From: Balanoglossus misakiensis
Lineage: Eukaryota; Animalia; Hemichordata
NCBI GenBank assembly: GCA_040954595.2
Contig: CM082588.2
Location: 9,222,844-9,286,843 of the forward strand
Direction: 5' to 3'
DNA length: 64,000 bases
This document shows positions 13,901 to 26,969 of the stretch, in pieces; the stretch's first letter is position 1, and every line of letters starts with the position of its first letter. Position numbers and translations under genes: made by a program. The notes beneath the pieces were generated by a model. The model saw only the letters and a program-made list of their open reading frames with translations. It was not told the origin of the DNA and made no database searches.

Positions 13901-16900
13901 TTCACTTCCACTGACGGGACAGGGACTCTACTGCTGACCACTGGCACAGACCAAACTGCGGTACCCGAAGCCTTCACTTCCACTGACGGGACAGGGACTC
14001 TACTGCTGACCACTGGCACAGACCAAACTGCGGTACCCGAAGCCTTCACTTCCACTGACGGGACAGGGACTCTACTGCTGACCACTGGCACAGACCAAAC
14101 TGCGGTACCCGAAGCCTTCACTTCCACTGACGGGACAGGGACACTACTGCTGACCACTGGCACAGACCAAACTGTGGTACCCGAAGCCTTCACTTCCACT
14201 GATGGGACAGGGACTCTACTGCTGACCACTGGCACAGACCAAACTGCGGTACCCGAAGCCTTCACTTCCACTGACGGGACAGGGACTCTACTGCTGACCA
14301 CTGGCACAGACCAAACTGCGGTACCCGAAGCCTTCACTTCCACTGACGGGACAGGGACTCTACTGCTGACCACTGGCACAGACCAAACTGTGGTACCCGA
14401 AGCCTTCACTTCCACTGACGGGACAGGGACTCTACTGCTGACCACTGGCACAGACCAAACTGCGGTACCCGAAGCCTTCACTTCCACTGACGGGACAGGG
14501 ACTCTACTGCTGACCACTGGCACAGACCAAACTGCGGTACCCGAAGCCTTCACTTCCACTGACGGGACAGGGACTCTACTGCTGACCACTGGCACAGACC
14601 AAACTGCGGTACCCGAAGCCTTCACTTCCACTGACGGGACAGGGACTCTACTGCTGACCACTGGCACAGACCAAACTGCGGTACCCGAAGCCTTCACTTC
14701 CACTGACGGGACAGGGACTCTACTGCTGACCACTGGCACAGACCAAACTGTGGTACCCGAAGCCTTCACTTCCACTGATGGGACAGGGACTCTACTGCTG
14801 ACCACTGGCACAGACCAAACTGCGGTACCCGAAGCCTTCACTTCCACTGACGGGACAGGGACTCTACTGCTGACCACTGGCACAGACCAAACTGCGGTAC
14901 CCGAAGCCTTCACTTCCACTGACGGGACAGGGACTCTACTGCTGACCACTGGCACAGACCAAACTGCGGTACCCGAAGCCTTCACTTCCACTGACGGGAC
15001 AGGGACTCTACTGCTGACCACTGGCACAGACCAAACTGCGGTACCCGAAGCCTTCACTTCCACTGACGGGACAGGGACTCTACTGCTGACCACTGGCACA
15101 GACCAAACTGCGGTACCCGAAGCCTTCACTTCCACTGATGGGACAGGGACTCTACTGCTGACCACTGGCACAGACCAAACTGTGGTACCCGAAGCCTTCA
15201 CTTCCACTGACGGGACAGGGACTCTACCGATGACCACTGGCACAGATCAAACTGCGGTACCTGAAGCCTTCACTTCAACTGATGGGACAGGGACTCTACT
15301 GCTGACCACTGGCACAGACCAAACTGCGGTACCCGAAGCCTTCACTTCCACTGACGGGACAGGGACTCTACTGCTGACCACTGGCACAGACCAAACTGTG
15401 GTACCCGAAGCCTTCACTTCCACTGACGGGACAGGGACTCTACTGCTGACCACTGGCACAGACCAAACTGTGGTACCTGAAGCCTTCACTTCCACTGACG
15501 GGACACGGACACTACAATTGACCACTGGCACAGATCAAACTGCGGTACCTGAAGCCTTCACTTCAACTGATGGGACAGGGACTCTACTGCTGGCCACTGG
15601 CACAGACCAAACTGCGGTACCCGAAGCCTTCACTTCCACTGACGGGACAGGGACTCTACTGCTGACCACTGGCACAGACCAAACTGTGGTACCCGAAGCC
15701 TTCACTTCCACTGACGGGACAGGGACTCTACTGCTGACCACTGGCACAGACCAAACTGTGGTACCCGAAGCCTTCACTTCCACTGACGGGACAGGGACTC
15801 TACTGCTGACCACTGGCACAGACCAAACTGCGGTACCCGAAGCCTTCACTTCCACTGACGGGACAGGGACTCTACTGCTGACCACTGGCACAGACCAAAC
15901 TGCGGTACCCGAAGCCTTCACTTCCACTGATGGGACAGGGACTCTACTGCTGACCACTGGCACAGACCAAACTGTGGTACCCGAAGCCTTCACTTCCACT
16001 GACGGGACAGGGACTCTACTGCTGACCACTGGCACAGACCAAACTGCGGTACCTGAAGCCTTCACTTCAACTGATGGGACAGGGACTCTACTGCTGACCA
16101 CTGGCACAGACCAAACTGTGGTACCCGAAGCCTTCACTTCAACTGACGGGACAGGGACTCTACTGCTGACCACTGGCACAGACCAAACTGCGGTACCCGA
16201 AGCCTTCACTTCCACTGACGGGACAGGGACTCTACTGCTGACCACTGGCACAGACCAAACTGCGGTACCCGAAGCCTTCACTTCCACTGACGGGACAGGG
16301 ACTCTACTGCTGACCACTGGCACAGACCAAACTGCGGTACCCGAAGCCTTCACTTCCACTGACGGGACAGGGACTCTACTGCTGACCACTGGCACAGACC
16401 AAACTGCGGTACCCGAAGCCTTCACTTCCACTGACGGGACAGGGACTCTACTGCTGACCACTGGCACAGACCAAACTGCGGTACCCGAAGCCTTCACTTC
16501 CACTGACGGGACAGGGACTCTACTGCTGACCACTGGCACAGACCAAACTGCGGTACCCGAAGCCTTCACTTCCACTGACGGGACAGGGACTCTACTGCTG
16601 ACCACTGGCACAGACCAAACTGCGGTACCCGAAGCCTTCACTTCCACTGACGGGACAGGGACTCTACTGCTGACCACTGGCACAGACCAAACTGCGGTAC
16701 CCGAAGCCTTCACTTCCACTGACGGGACAGGGACTCTACTGCTGACCACTGGCACAGACCAAACTGCGGTACCCGAAGCCTTCACTTCCACTGACGGGAC
16801 AGGGACACTACTGCTGACCACTGGCACAGACCAAACTGTGGTACCCGAAGCCTTCACTTCCACTGATGGGACAGGGACTCTACTGCTGACCACTGGCACA

Positions 16901-19900
16901 GACCAAACTGCGGTACCCGAAGCCTTCACTTCCACTGACGGGACAGGGACTCTACTGCTGACCACTGGCACAGACCAAACTGCGGTACCCGAAGCCTTCA
17001 CTTCCACTGACGGGACAGGGACTCTACTGCTGACCACTGGCACAGACCAAACTGTGGTACCCGAAGCCTTCACTTCCACTGACGGGACAGGGACTCTACT
17101 GCTGACCACTGGCACAGACCAAACTGCGGTACCCGAAGCCTTCACTTCCACTGACGGGACAGGGACTCTACTGCTGACCACTGGCACAGACCAAACTGCG
17201 GTACCCGAAGCCTTCACTTCCACTGACGGGACAGGGACTCTACTGCTGACCACTGGCACAGACCAAACTGCGGTACCCGAAGCCTTCACTTCCACTGACG
17301 GGACAGGGACTCTACTGCTGACCACTGGCACAGACCAAACTGCGGTACCCGAAGCCTTCACTTCCACTGACGGGACAGGGACTCTACTGCTGACCACTGG
17401 CACAGACCAAACTGTGGTACCCGAAGCCTTCACTTCCACTGATGGGACAGGGACTCTACTGCTGACCACTGGCACAGACCAAACTGCGGTACCCGAAGCC
17501 TTCACTTCCACTGACGGGACAGGGACTCTACTGCTGACCACTGGCACAGACCAAACTGCGGTACCCGAAGCCTTCACTTCCACTGACGGGACAGGGACTC
17601 TACTGCTGACCACTGGCACAGACCAAACTGCGGTACCCGAAGCCTTCACTTCCACTGACGGGACAGGGACTCTACTGCTGACCACTGGCACAGACCAAAC
17701 TGCGGTACCCGAAGCCTTCACTTCCACTGACGGGACAGGGACTCTACTGCTGACCACTGGCACAGACCAAACTGCGGTACCCGAAGCCTTCACTTCCACT
17801 GATGGGACAGGGACTCTACTGCTGACCACTGGCACAGACCAAACTGTGGTACCCGAAGCCTTCACTTCCACTGACGGGACAGGGACTCTACCGATGACCA
17901 CTGGCACAGATCAAACTGCGGTACCTGAAGCCTTCACTTCAACTGATGGGACAGGGACTCTACTGCTGACCACTGGCACAGACCAAACTGCGGTACCCGA
18001 AGCCTTCACTTCCACTGACGGGACAGGGACTCTACTGCTGACCACTGGCACAGACCAAACTGTGGTACCCGAAGCCTTCACTTCCACTGACGGGACAGGG
18101 ACTCTACTGCTGACCACTGGCACAGACCAAACTGTGGTACCCGAAGCCTTCACTTCCACTGACGGGACACGGACACTACAATTGACCACTGGCACAGATC
18201 AAACTGCGGTACCTGAAGCCTTCACTTCAACTGATGGGACAGGGACTCTACTGCTGGCCACTGGCACAGACCAAACTGCGGTACCCGAAGCCTTCACTTC
18301 CACTGACGGGACAGGGACTCTACTGCTGACCACTGGCACAGACCAAACTGTGGTACCCGAAGCCTTCACTTCCACTGACGGGACAGGGACTCTACTGCTG
18401 ACCACTGGCACAGACCAAACTGTGGTACCCGAAGCCTTCACTTCCACTGACGGGACAGGGACTCTACTGCTGACCACTGGCACAGACCAAACTGCGGTAC
18501 CCGAAGCCTTCACTTCCACTGACGGGACAGGGACTCTACTGCTGACCACTGGCACAGACCAAACTGCGGTACCCGAAGCCTTCACTTCCACTGACGGAAC
18601 AGAGACTCTACCGATGACCACTGGCACAGATCAAACTGCCTTATCTGAAGCCTTCCCTTCCAATGATAGGACAGACTATTTACTGATAACCACTAACACA
18701 GATCACACTTCATTACCTAACACAATACATTCTACTGATAGAATGGACGCTGTAATGTTTACCACTAGCCAAGCTCAAGCTGCATCACCTGAAACCTTAA
18801 CTACCACTGATGGAAGGGACACTCAACAAATGACCACTAGCACATATCAAAGTACATCACCTCAAACCATCACTTCTACTGATGGAGCCATTACTTCTAC
18901 TTATGAAATCGATACTCCACTGTCAACTACAAGCACAGATGAAAATGCACCACCTAAAACCATCACTTCTACTGATGGAGCGGACACTCTACTGATGACC
19001 TCTAGCACAGATCACAGTACATCACATGAAAGAATCACTTCAACTAATGAAATTGACACTCCACTGATGACCAATAGCACATATCAAACTACATCACCTC
19101 AAACCATCACTTCTACTGATGGAGCGGGCACTCTACTTATGACCACAAGCACAGATCAAAGCTCATCACCTGAAACAATCACATCTACTGATGAAATGGA
19201 CACTCCAAGAATGAACACTAGCACAGATCAAAGTACATCATATGAAGCCTTTTCTTCTACTAATGAAATGGATACTCCACGAATGACCACTAGCACAGAT
19301 CAAAGTACATCACCTGAAAGAATCACATCTACTGATGAAATGGACACTCCACGAATGACCACAAGCAAAGATCAAAGTACATCATATGAAGCCTTTTCTT
19401 CTACTAATGAAATGGATACTCCACGAATGACCACCAGCACAGATCAGAGTACATCACTTGAAAGAATCACATTTACTGAAGGAATGGACACTCCACGAAT
19501 GAACACAAGCACATATCAAAGATCATCACCTGAAGCCATCAATTCTACTGATGGAACGGACACTCTACCGATGACCACTTACACAGATCAAAGTACATCA
19601 CATGAAAGAATCATTTCTACTAATGGAGCGGACACTCTACTGATGACCACTAGCGCAGATCAAAGTACATCACATGAAAGAATCACTTCTACTGACGGAA
19701 TGGACACCCCACGAATGACCACCAGCACAGATCAAAATACATCATATGAAAGAATCACTTCTACTAATGGAGTGGACACTCTACTGATGACCACTAGCAC
19801 AGATCAAAATACATCATATGAAAGAATCATTTCTACTAATGGAGCGCACACTCTACTGATGACCACTAGCGCAGATCAAAGTACATCACATGAAAGAATC

Positions 19901-22900
19901 ACTTCTACTGACGGAATGGACAATCTACGAATGACCACAAGCACTGATCAAAGTACAACATATGAAGCCCGTTCTTCTACTAATGAAATGGATCCTCCAC
20001 GAATGACCACTAGGACAGATCAAAGTACATCATATGAAGCCTTTTCTTCTACTAATGAAATGGACACTCCACGAATGACCACAAGGACAGATCAAAGTTC
20101 AACACCTGAAAGAATAACATCTACTGAAGGAATGGACACTCCACAAATGACCACTATGACAGATCAAAGTACATCATATGAAGCCTTTTCTTCTACTAAT
20201 GAAATGGATACTCCACGAATGACCACTAGCACAGATCAAAGTACATCACCTGAAAGAATCACATCTACTGATGAAATGGACACTCCACGAATGACCACAA
20301 GCAAAGATCAAAGTACATCATATGAAGCCTTTTCTTCTACTAATGAAATGGATACTCCACGAATGACCACCAGCACAGATCAGAGTACATCACTTGAAAG
20401 AATCACATTTACTGAAGGAATGGACACTCCACGAATGAACACAAGCACATATCAAAGATCATCACCTGAAGCCATAAATTCTACTGATGGAACGGACACT
20501 CTACCGATGACCACTTACACAGATCAAAGTACATCACATGAAAGAATCATTTCTACTAATGGAGCGGACACTCTACTGATGACCACTAGCGCAGATCAAA
20601 GTACCTCACATGAAAGAATCACTTCTACTGACAGAATGGACACCCCACGAATGACCACCAGCACAGATCAAAATACATCATATGAAAGAATCACTTCTAC
20701 TAATGGAGTGGACACTCTACTGATGACCACTAGCACAGATCAAAATACATCATATGAAAGAATCATTTCTACTAATGGAGCGCACACTCTACTGATGACC
20801 ACTAGCGCAGATCAAAGTACATCACATGAAAGAATCACTTCTACTAATGGAGCGGACACTCTACTGATGACCACTAGCACAGATCAAAATACATCACATG
20901 AAAGAATCACTACTACTGACGGAATGGACAATCTACGAATGACCACAAGCACATATCAAAGCTCATCACCTGAAGCCATCAGTTCTACTGACGGAACGGA
21001 CACTCTACCGATGACCACTATCACAGATCAAAGTACATCACATGAAGGAATCACTTCTACTATTGGAGCGGACACTCTACTGATGACCACTAGCACAGAT
21101 CAAAATACATCACATGAACGAATCACTTCTACTATTGGAGCGGACACTCTACCGATGACCACTAACACAGATCAAAGTACATCACATGAAAGAATCACTT
21201 CTACTATTGGAGCGAACACTCTACTGATGACCACTAGCACAGATCAAAATACATCATATGAAAGAATCACTTCTACTGACAGAATGGACACTCCACGAAT
21301 GACCACTAGCACAGATCAAAGCTCATCAGCTGAAACAATCACTTCTCCTGAACGAATGGATACTCTACTGATGACCACTAGCACAGATCACAGTACATCA
21401 TATGAAAGAATCACTTCTACTGACGGAATGGACACTTCACGAATGACAACTAACATATATGAAAGTACATCACCTGAATCCATCACCTCTACTGATGGAA
21501 TAGATACTTTACTGATGACCACTAGCACAGAAAAAAGTACATCGCCTGAAGCAATCACTTCTACAAATAAAATGGACACTCTACAGATGACCACTAGCAC
21601 AGATCAAAATATATCACCTGAAAGAATCACATCTACTAACGAAATTGACACTTCACGAATGACAACTAACATATATCAAAGTACATCACCTGAATCCATC
21701 ACATCTACTGATGGAATAGATACTTTACTGATGACCACTAGCACAGAAAAAAGTACATCGCCTGAAGTAATCACTTCTACAAATAAAATGGACACTCTAC
21801 AGATGACCACTAGCACAGATCAAAATATATCACCTGAAAGAATCACATCTACTAACGAAATTGACACTTCACGAATGACAACTAACATATATCAAAGTAC
21901 ATCACCTGAATCCATCACCTCTACTGATGGAATAGATACTTTACTGATGACCACTAGCACAGAAAAAAGTACATCGCCTGAAGTAATCACTTCTACAAAT
22001 AAAATGGACACTCTACAGATGACCACTAGCACAGATCAAAATAGATCACCTGAAAGAATCACATCTACTAACAGAATTGACACTTCACGAATGACAACTA
22101 ACATATATCAAAGTACATCACCTGAATCCATCACTTCTACTAATGGAGCAGACACTTTACTGATGACCACTAGCACAGATCAAAATACATCATATGAAAG
22201 AATCACTTCTACTGACGGAATGGACACCCCACGAATGACCACTAGCACAGATCAAAGCTCATCAGCTGAAACAATCACTTCTCCTGAACGAATGGATACT
22301 CTACTGATGACCACTAGCACAGATCAAAATACATCATATGAAAGAATCACTTCTACTGACGGAATGGTCACTCCACGAATGACCACTAGCACAGATCAAA
22401 GCCCATCACCTGAAGCCATCAATTCTACTGAAGAAATGGACACACTACAAATGACCACTAGCATAGATCAAAATACATCACATGAACGAATCACTTCTAC
22501 TGATGGAATGGACACCCCACGAATGACCACAAGCACAGATCAAAATACATCATATGAAAGAATCACTTCTACTAATGGAGTGGACACTCTACTGATGACC
22601 ACTAGCACAGATCAAAATACATCACATGAAAGAATCACTTCTACTGACGGAATGGACACCCCAGGAATGACCACCAGCACAGATCAAAGTATATCACATG
22701 AGAGAATCACTTCTACTAATGGAGCGGACACTCTACTGATGACCACTAGCACAGATCAAAATACATCACATGAAAGAATCACTTCTACTGACGGAATGGA
22801 CACCCCACGAATGACCACTAGCACAGATCACAGTACATCACATGAAAGAATCACTTCAACTAATGAAATGGACACTCTGCGAATAACCACTAGCACATAT

Positions 22901-25900
22901 CAAAGGCCATCACCTGAAGCCACCAATTCTACTGAAGAAATGAACACCCTACAAATGACCACTAGCATAGATCCAAGTAATTTACCTGAAACAATAAACT
23001 CTACTGGTGGAACGGATACTTTACTGATGACATCTAGCATAGATAAAAGTACATCGCATGAAACACTCACTTCTACCGACGGATTAGACACTCCACGAAT
23101 GACCACTAGCACAGATCAAAATACATCACCTGAACCAATCGAATCTACTGATGGAACGGACACTCTACTGATGACCACTAGCACATATCAAAGTACATCA
23201 CCTCAAACCATCACTTCTACTGACGGAATGGACACTCCACGAATGACCACTAGCACAGATCAAAATACATCACATGAAAGAATCACATCTACTGACATAA
23301 TTGACACTCTAAGAATGACCAGTAGCACAGATCAAAGTACATCACATGAAACCATTTCTTCTACTAATGAAATGGACACTCCACGAATGACCACTACCAC
23401 AGATCAAAATACATCACCTAAAAAAATCACATCTACTGATGGAATGGACACTTCACGAATGTCAACTAAAATATATCATAGTACATCACCTGAATCCATC
23501 ACTTCTACTGATGGAATGGATACTTTACTGATGACCACTAGCACAGAAAAAAGTACATCGCCTGAAGCAATCACTTCTACAAATAAAATGGACAGTCTAC
23601 AGATGACCACTAGCACAGATCAAAATAGATCACCTGAAAGAATCACATCTACTAACAGAATTGACACTTCACGAATGACAACTAACATATATCAAAGTAC
23701 ATCACCTGAATCCATCACTTCTACTGATGGAATGGGTACTTTACTGATGACCACTAGAACAGATCAAAGCTCATCATCTGAAACCATCACTGCCACTGAT
23801 GGAATGGATACTTTACTGATGACCACTAGAACAGATCAAAACTCATCATCTGAATACACCACTTCCACTGATGGAATGGATACTTTACTGATGACCACTA
23901 GAACAGATCAAAGCTCATCATCTGAAACAATCACTTCCACTGATGGAATGGATACTTTACTGATGACCACTAGAACAGTTCAAAGCTTATCATCTGAAAC
24001 AATCACTTCTACTGATGGAATGGATATTTTACTGATGACCACTAGCACAGATAAAAGTACATCACCTCAAACAATCACTTCTAATGATGGAGCAGACACT
24101 CAACGAATGACCAGCAGCACAGATCAAAGTAGATCACCTGAACCCACCACTTCTACTCATGGAACAGACATTACAGACCATGAGACAAGTGTACATAATG
24201 CAACGCCTTCACAATTAACTGTTACAATGGACGGAAGGAATGTTACTGCGCTAATGTCAGGTACAGTACAGCCGCACAGTCAATCAATAGGTGCTGCGAT
24301 GCTAAAATGTATTACACTGAAATGAAACAACATAATGAAGCAGTATAAAACCACTTATGAACACGAATGTGATTATTTTGTAAGCAAATAACAAAGAATT
24401 GTTGACAAAGTTACTTTGTTTTCCAGATCGTGATGTGGGATATTCACCTCAAGCGACCAGTTTTGCCGTCCCAACTACCGACGCCTTGGTGTCTGACCAC
24501 AATGTAACCACTGATGACGTTCAAACCGCCAACAAAAGTCTACAAGGTACGTTTAGGGGTAACACTTAAATCAGGCTGTACGAGCTGGAATTGGGTAGCC
24601 GCCATCACGAGAGTAAGAACATTCGCCAAAATGAATAATCGTTCTCTACAATTTATTCATTTTGGACGAGTTTTTACTCTCATATCCTACAAACGGAATT
24701 GAAGTTGTGCGTGGTTGAACGTTGATTCACTATATATCCACATGTACATTAACACAAACGGTGTCTGGTATCACACATAATTAATGGAAAAGGGGCAGCG
24801 AGAGAGAGAGACTTTGTCCCTTCAAGGCAGCTCATCTTAGATTGTTTGTATTTGAATTCACAGTGCGCAAAAGGAGATCTGTTGAAGACTCTTATTATAC
24901 GAGTGAAGCCGAGCGAACTGATATGTATTCAAGCAGAGAAGTCATACTATATGGTAATGATGATGCGATGTTTTCGGTTGCGTGGAATGCAACTGTCCCA
25001 ACATGTATAGGTTAGTATGCTATCGATACGTACTTGTAATTAATTGTCGGTTTCCTACATTCTGGGTTACAGTAGAGGCAAATTTCGGCCACAGTTATTG
25101 GTAACATGCTGATCCTGTAATGCTGGCTTCATTTCATATTATTTTGAACTTAGATTTATTTTGTGGTTTTGACAATTTTATTATTCATTTACAGATGTTC
25201 AACCGCCTATTTTGCAGTGTCCAAATAGTTTCGTTATATTTGTTGACAACGAGGATTATAATATCACCTATCCTGATGTTTATATAAGTGACAATGAGGG
25301 TATATATGATGTGATAATGGACCCTCCGAATGGGACAGTTACAGCTTTCCGTAATTTTGTCAGTGTTAACATAACTGCTATTGATTATAACGGCAACAAG
25401 GCAGAGTGTCACTTTTCTATTCAAGTAAAACGTGAGTATTTCACATATTTCGTTCATGATTTAAAGGAATTATTACACCTATTTTTATTTCATTTGAGTG
25501 TTAAACATTTATTTAGTAAAATAACCATTTTATCCAAATCAAGACATTATATTTCGGCTATGGTTTTCTATAATTAATGATTCATTAATAAAATCGTCGA
25601 AATTCATGTCCCTCAGAAAAAATCTCAATTCGTATTTGCCGCGTATAGACCACGTGACATGACGTCATTGGGGAAGTCGTTGCCAGTACGTAAACAGTGA
25701 TATCGTTGCACAGCCTAGCCCAAAGCGAGAGTCCCGCGTTTCCATCATTATTATCAAACGATGCGTCGTCGGGGGCTGTAAAAACACTATCCGTAGTGTT
25801 CATAGATTTCCGAAAAGCAAAGGACTGAGAGAAAAATGGGAGCGCTTCGTACAAAACGGCCCAAAGGTCACTACATCGCCGTAAAGGTAATGATGAATGG

Positions 25901-26894
25901 AACTGTACCGGTGTTATGCCAGTTTTGGGTAACCGGTCGCTTTTGAACAGAGAGTTTATCTGTGATATTTATGTATGAAATTTGTCGTCCCATTACGTTT
26001 TTTTCACAACAGAGATGTCAGCAATGATGTTTTAGTACGGACCGTGTCGGCATGGCGTAGTGCCGCGCACCGGGTTCTTTGTGTATATATCGGTGACCAG
26101 ACGAGCGCAGACCTCCGTATCGGGGAGGCAGATCGGCTACGAGAATATTTGAGTTTCACTGAACCACTCCATGAACATTTTATTGGACATATTTATTGTA
26201 AAATAAAAACAAACAAACAGAAAATGATGCTTATTCACCAATCTATATTTCCCACTCGAGAAAATTCAGGCGAATCTGGACCCGCGCTTGCATGCATTTC
26301 TTCGCTCCGCATCGACGGTTGCCCACCAGCCCGAACAGGTTGAGGAGATACCTCACGCCTTGCTGGTTCAAATCTATACGGCTGTGGCCAGGAATTTCCT
26401 TGAAAGCAGCGACGAAGAGCCCAAAACTCTCCATCGCTACTGTCTGAATCATATACTCTCCCAACAAATTGCCTCGTCATTGACCGTGTTTACCGTTGAC
26501 GCCATAAAAGTCAAGTAGACGACATGTACGCCTCTCGATGCGATGAATTGTAGACTGAAGGCGAAGGAGAGCCCCCCAATGACGTCACACGTAACGGGGC
26601 CGTTCAGACAGAGATTTTTTTGAAGGGGTGAACATTTATTAGGATAACATTTATTCATCGACGAGAATAAAAAAAAAAAACGACACCAGAATTCAAATCA
26701 TGAATGCAATTTTAGTTTACGGTCAAAAAATGAAAAATACATTTTGATAGGTGTAATAAACTCTTTAAATCACGACAAGTCAATGGGAGGATCGAAGTTA
26801 TTCTGTAGTTAATTAAAATTGTAAAACATTGATAACGTGAAACTATTTAAATACTATACTACTACTACAACCAGTGCCGCCACCGCCACTTCTG

Positions 26895-26969
<75 letters not shown>

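Noticed and set aside
13015-18627. Long minus-strand ORFs (742, 790 aa and others) of VPVPSVEVKASGT repeats
   Set aside because: Antisense shadows of the 72-bp unit, which happens to lack a stop in that frame. They break wherever the gatca variant appears and do not persist as long ORFs in the diverged array.
12970-18640. Regular repeat array as a possible CRISPR locus
   Set aside because: Head-to-tail units with no unique spacers, in-frame coding, no cas genes, eukaryotic context.
24261-24325. ORF tail GTVQPHSQ...CITLK as the protein C-terminus
   Set aside because: Read-through into the intron past the donor at 24260; downstream exons complete the Sushi domain. An intron-retained secreted form cannot be excluded but has no support here.
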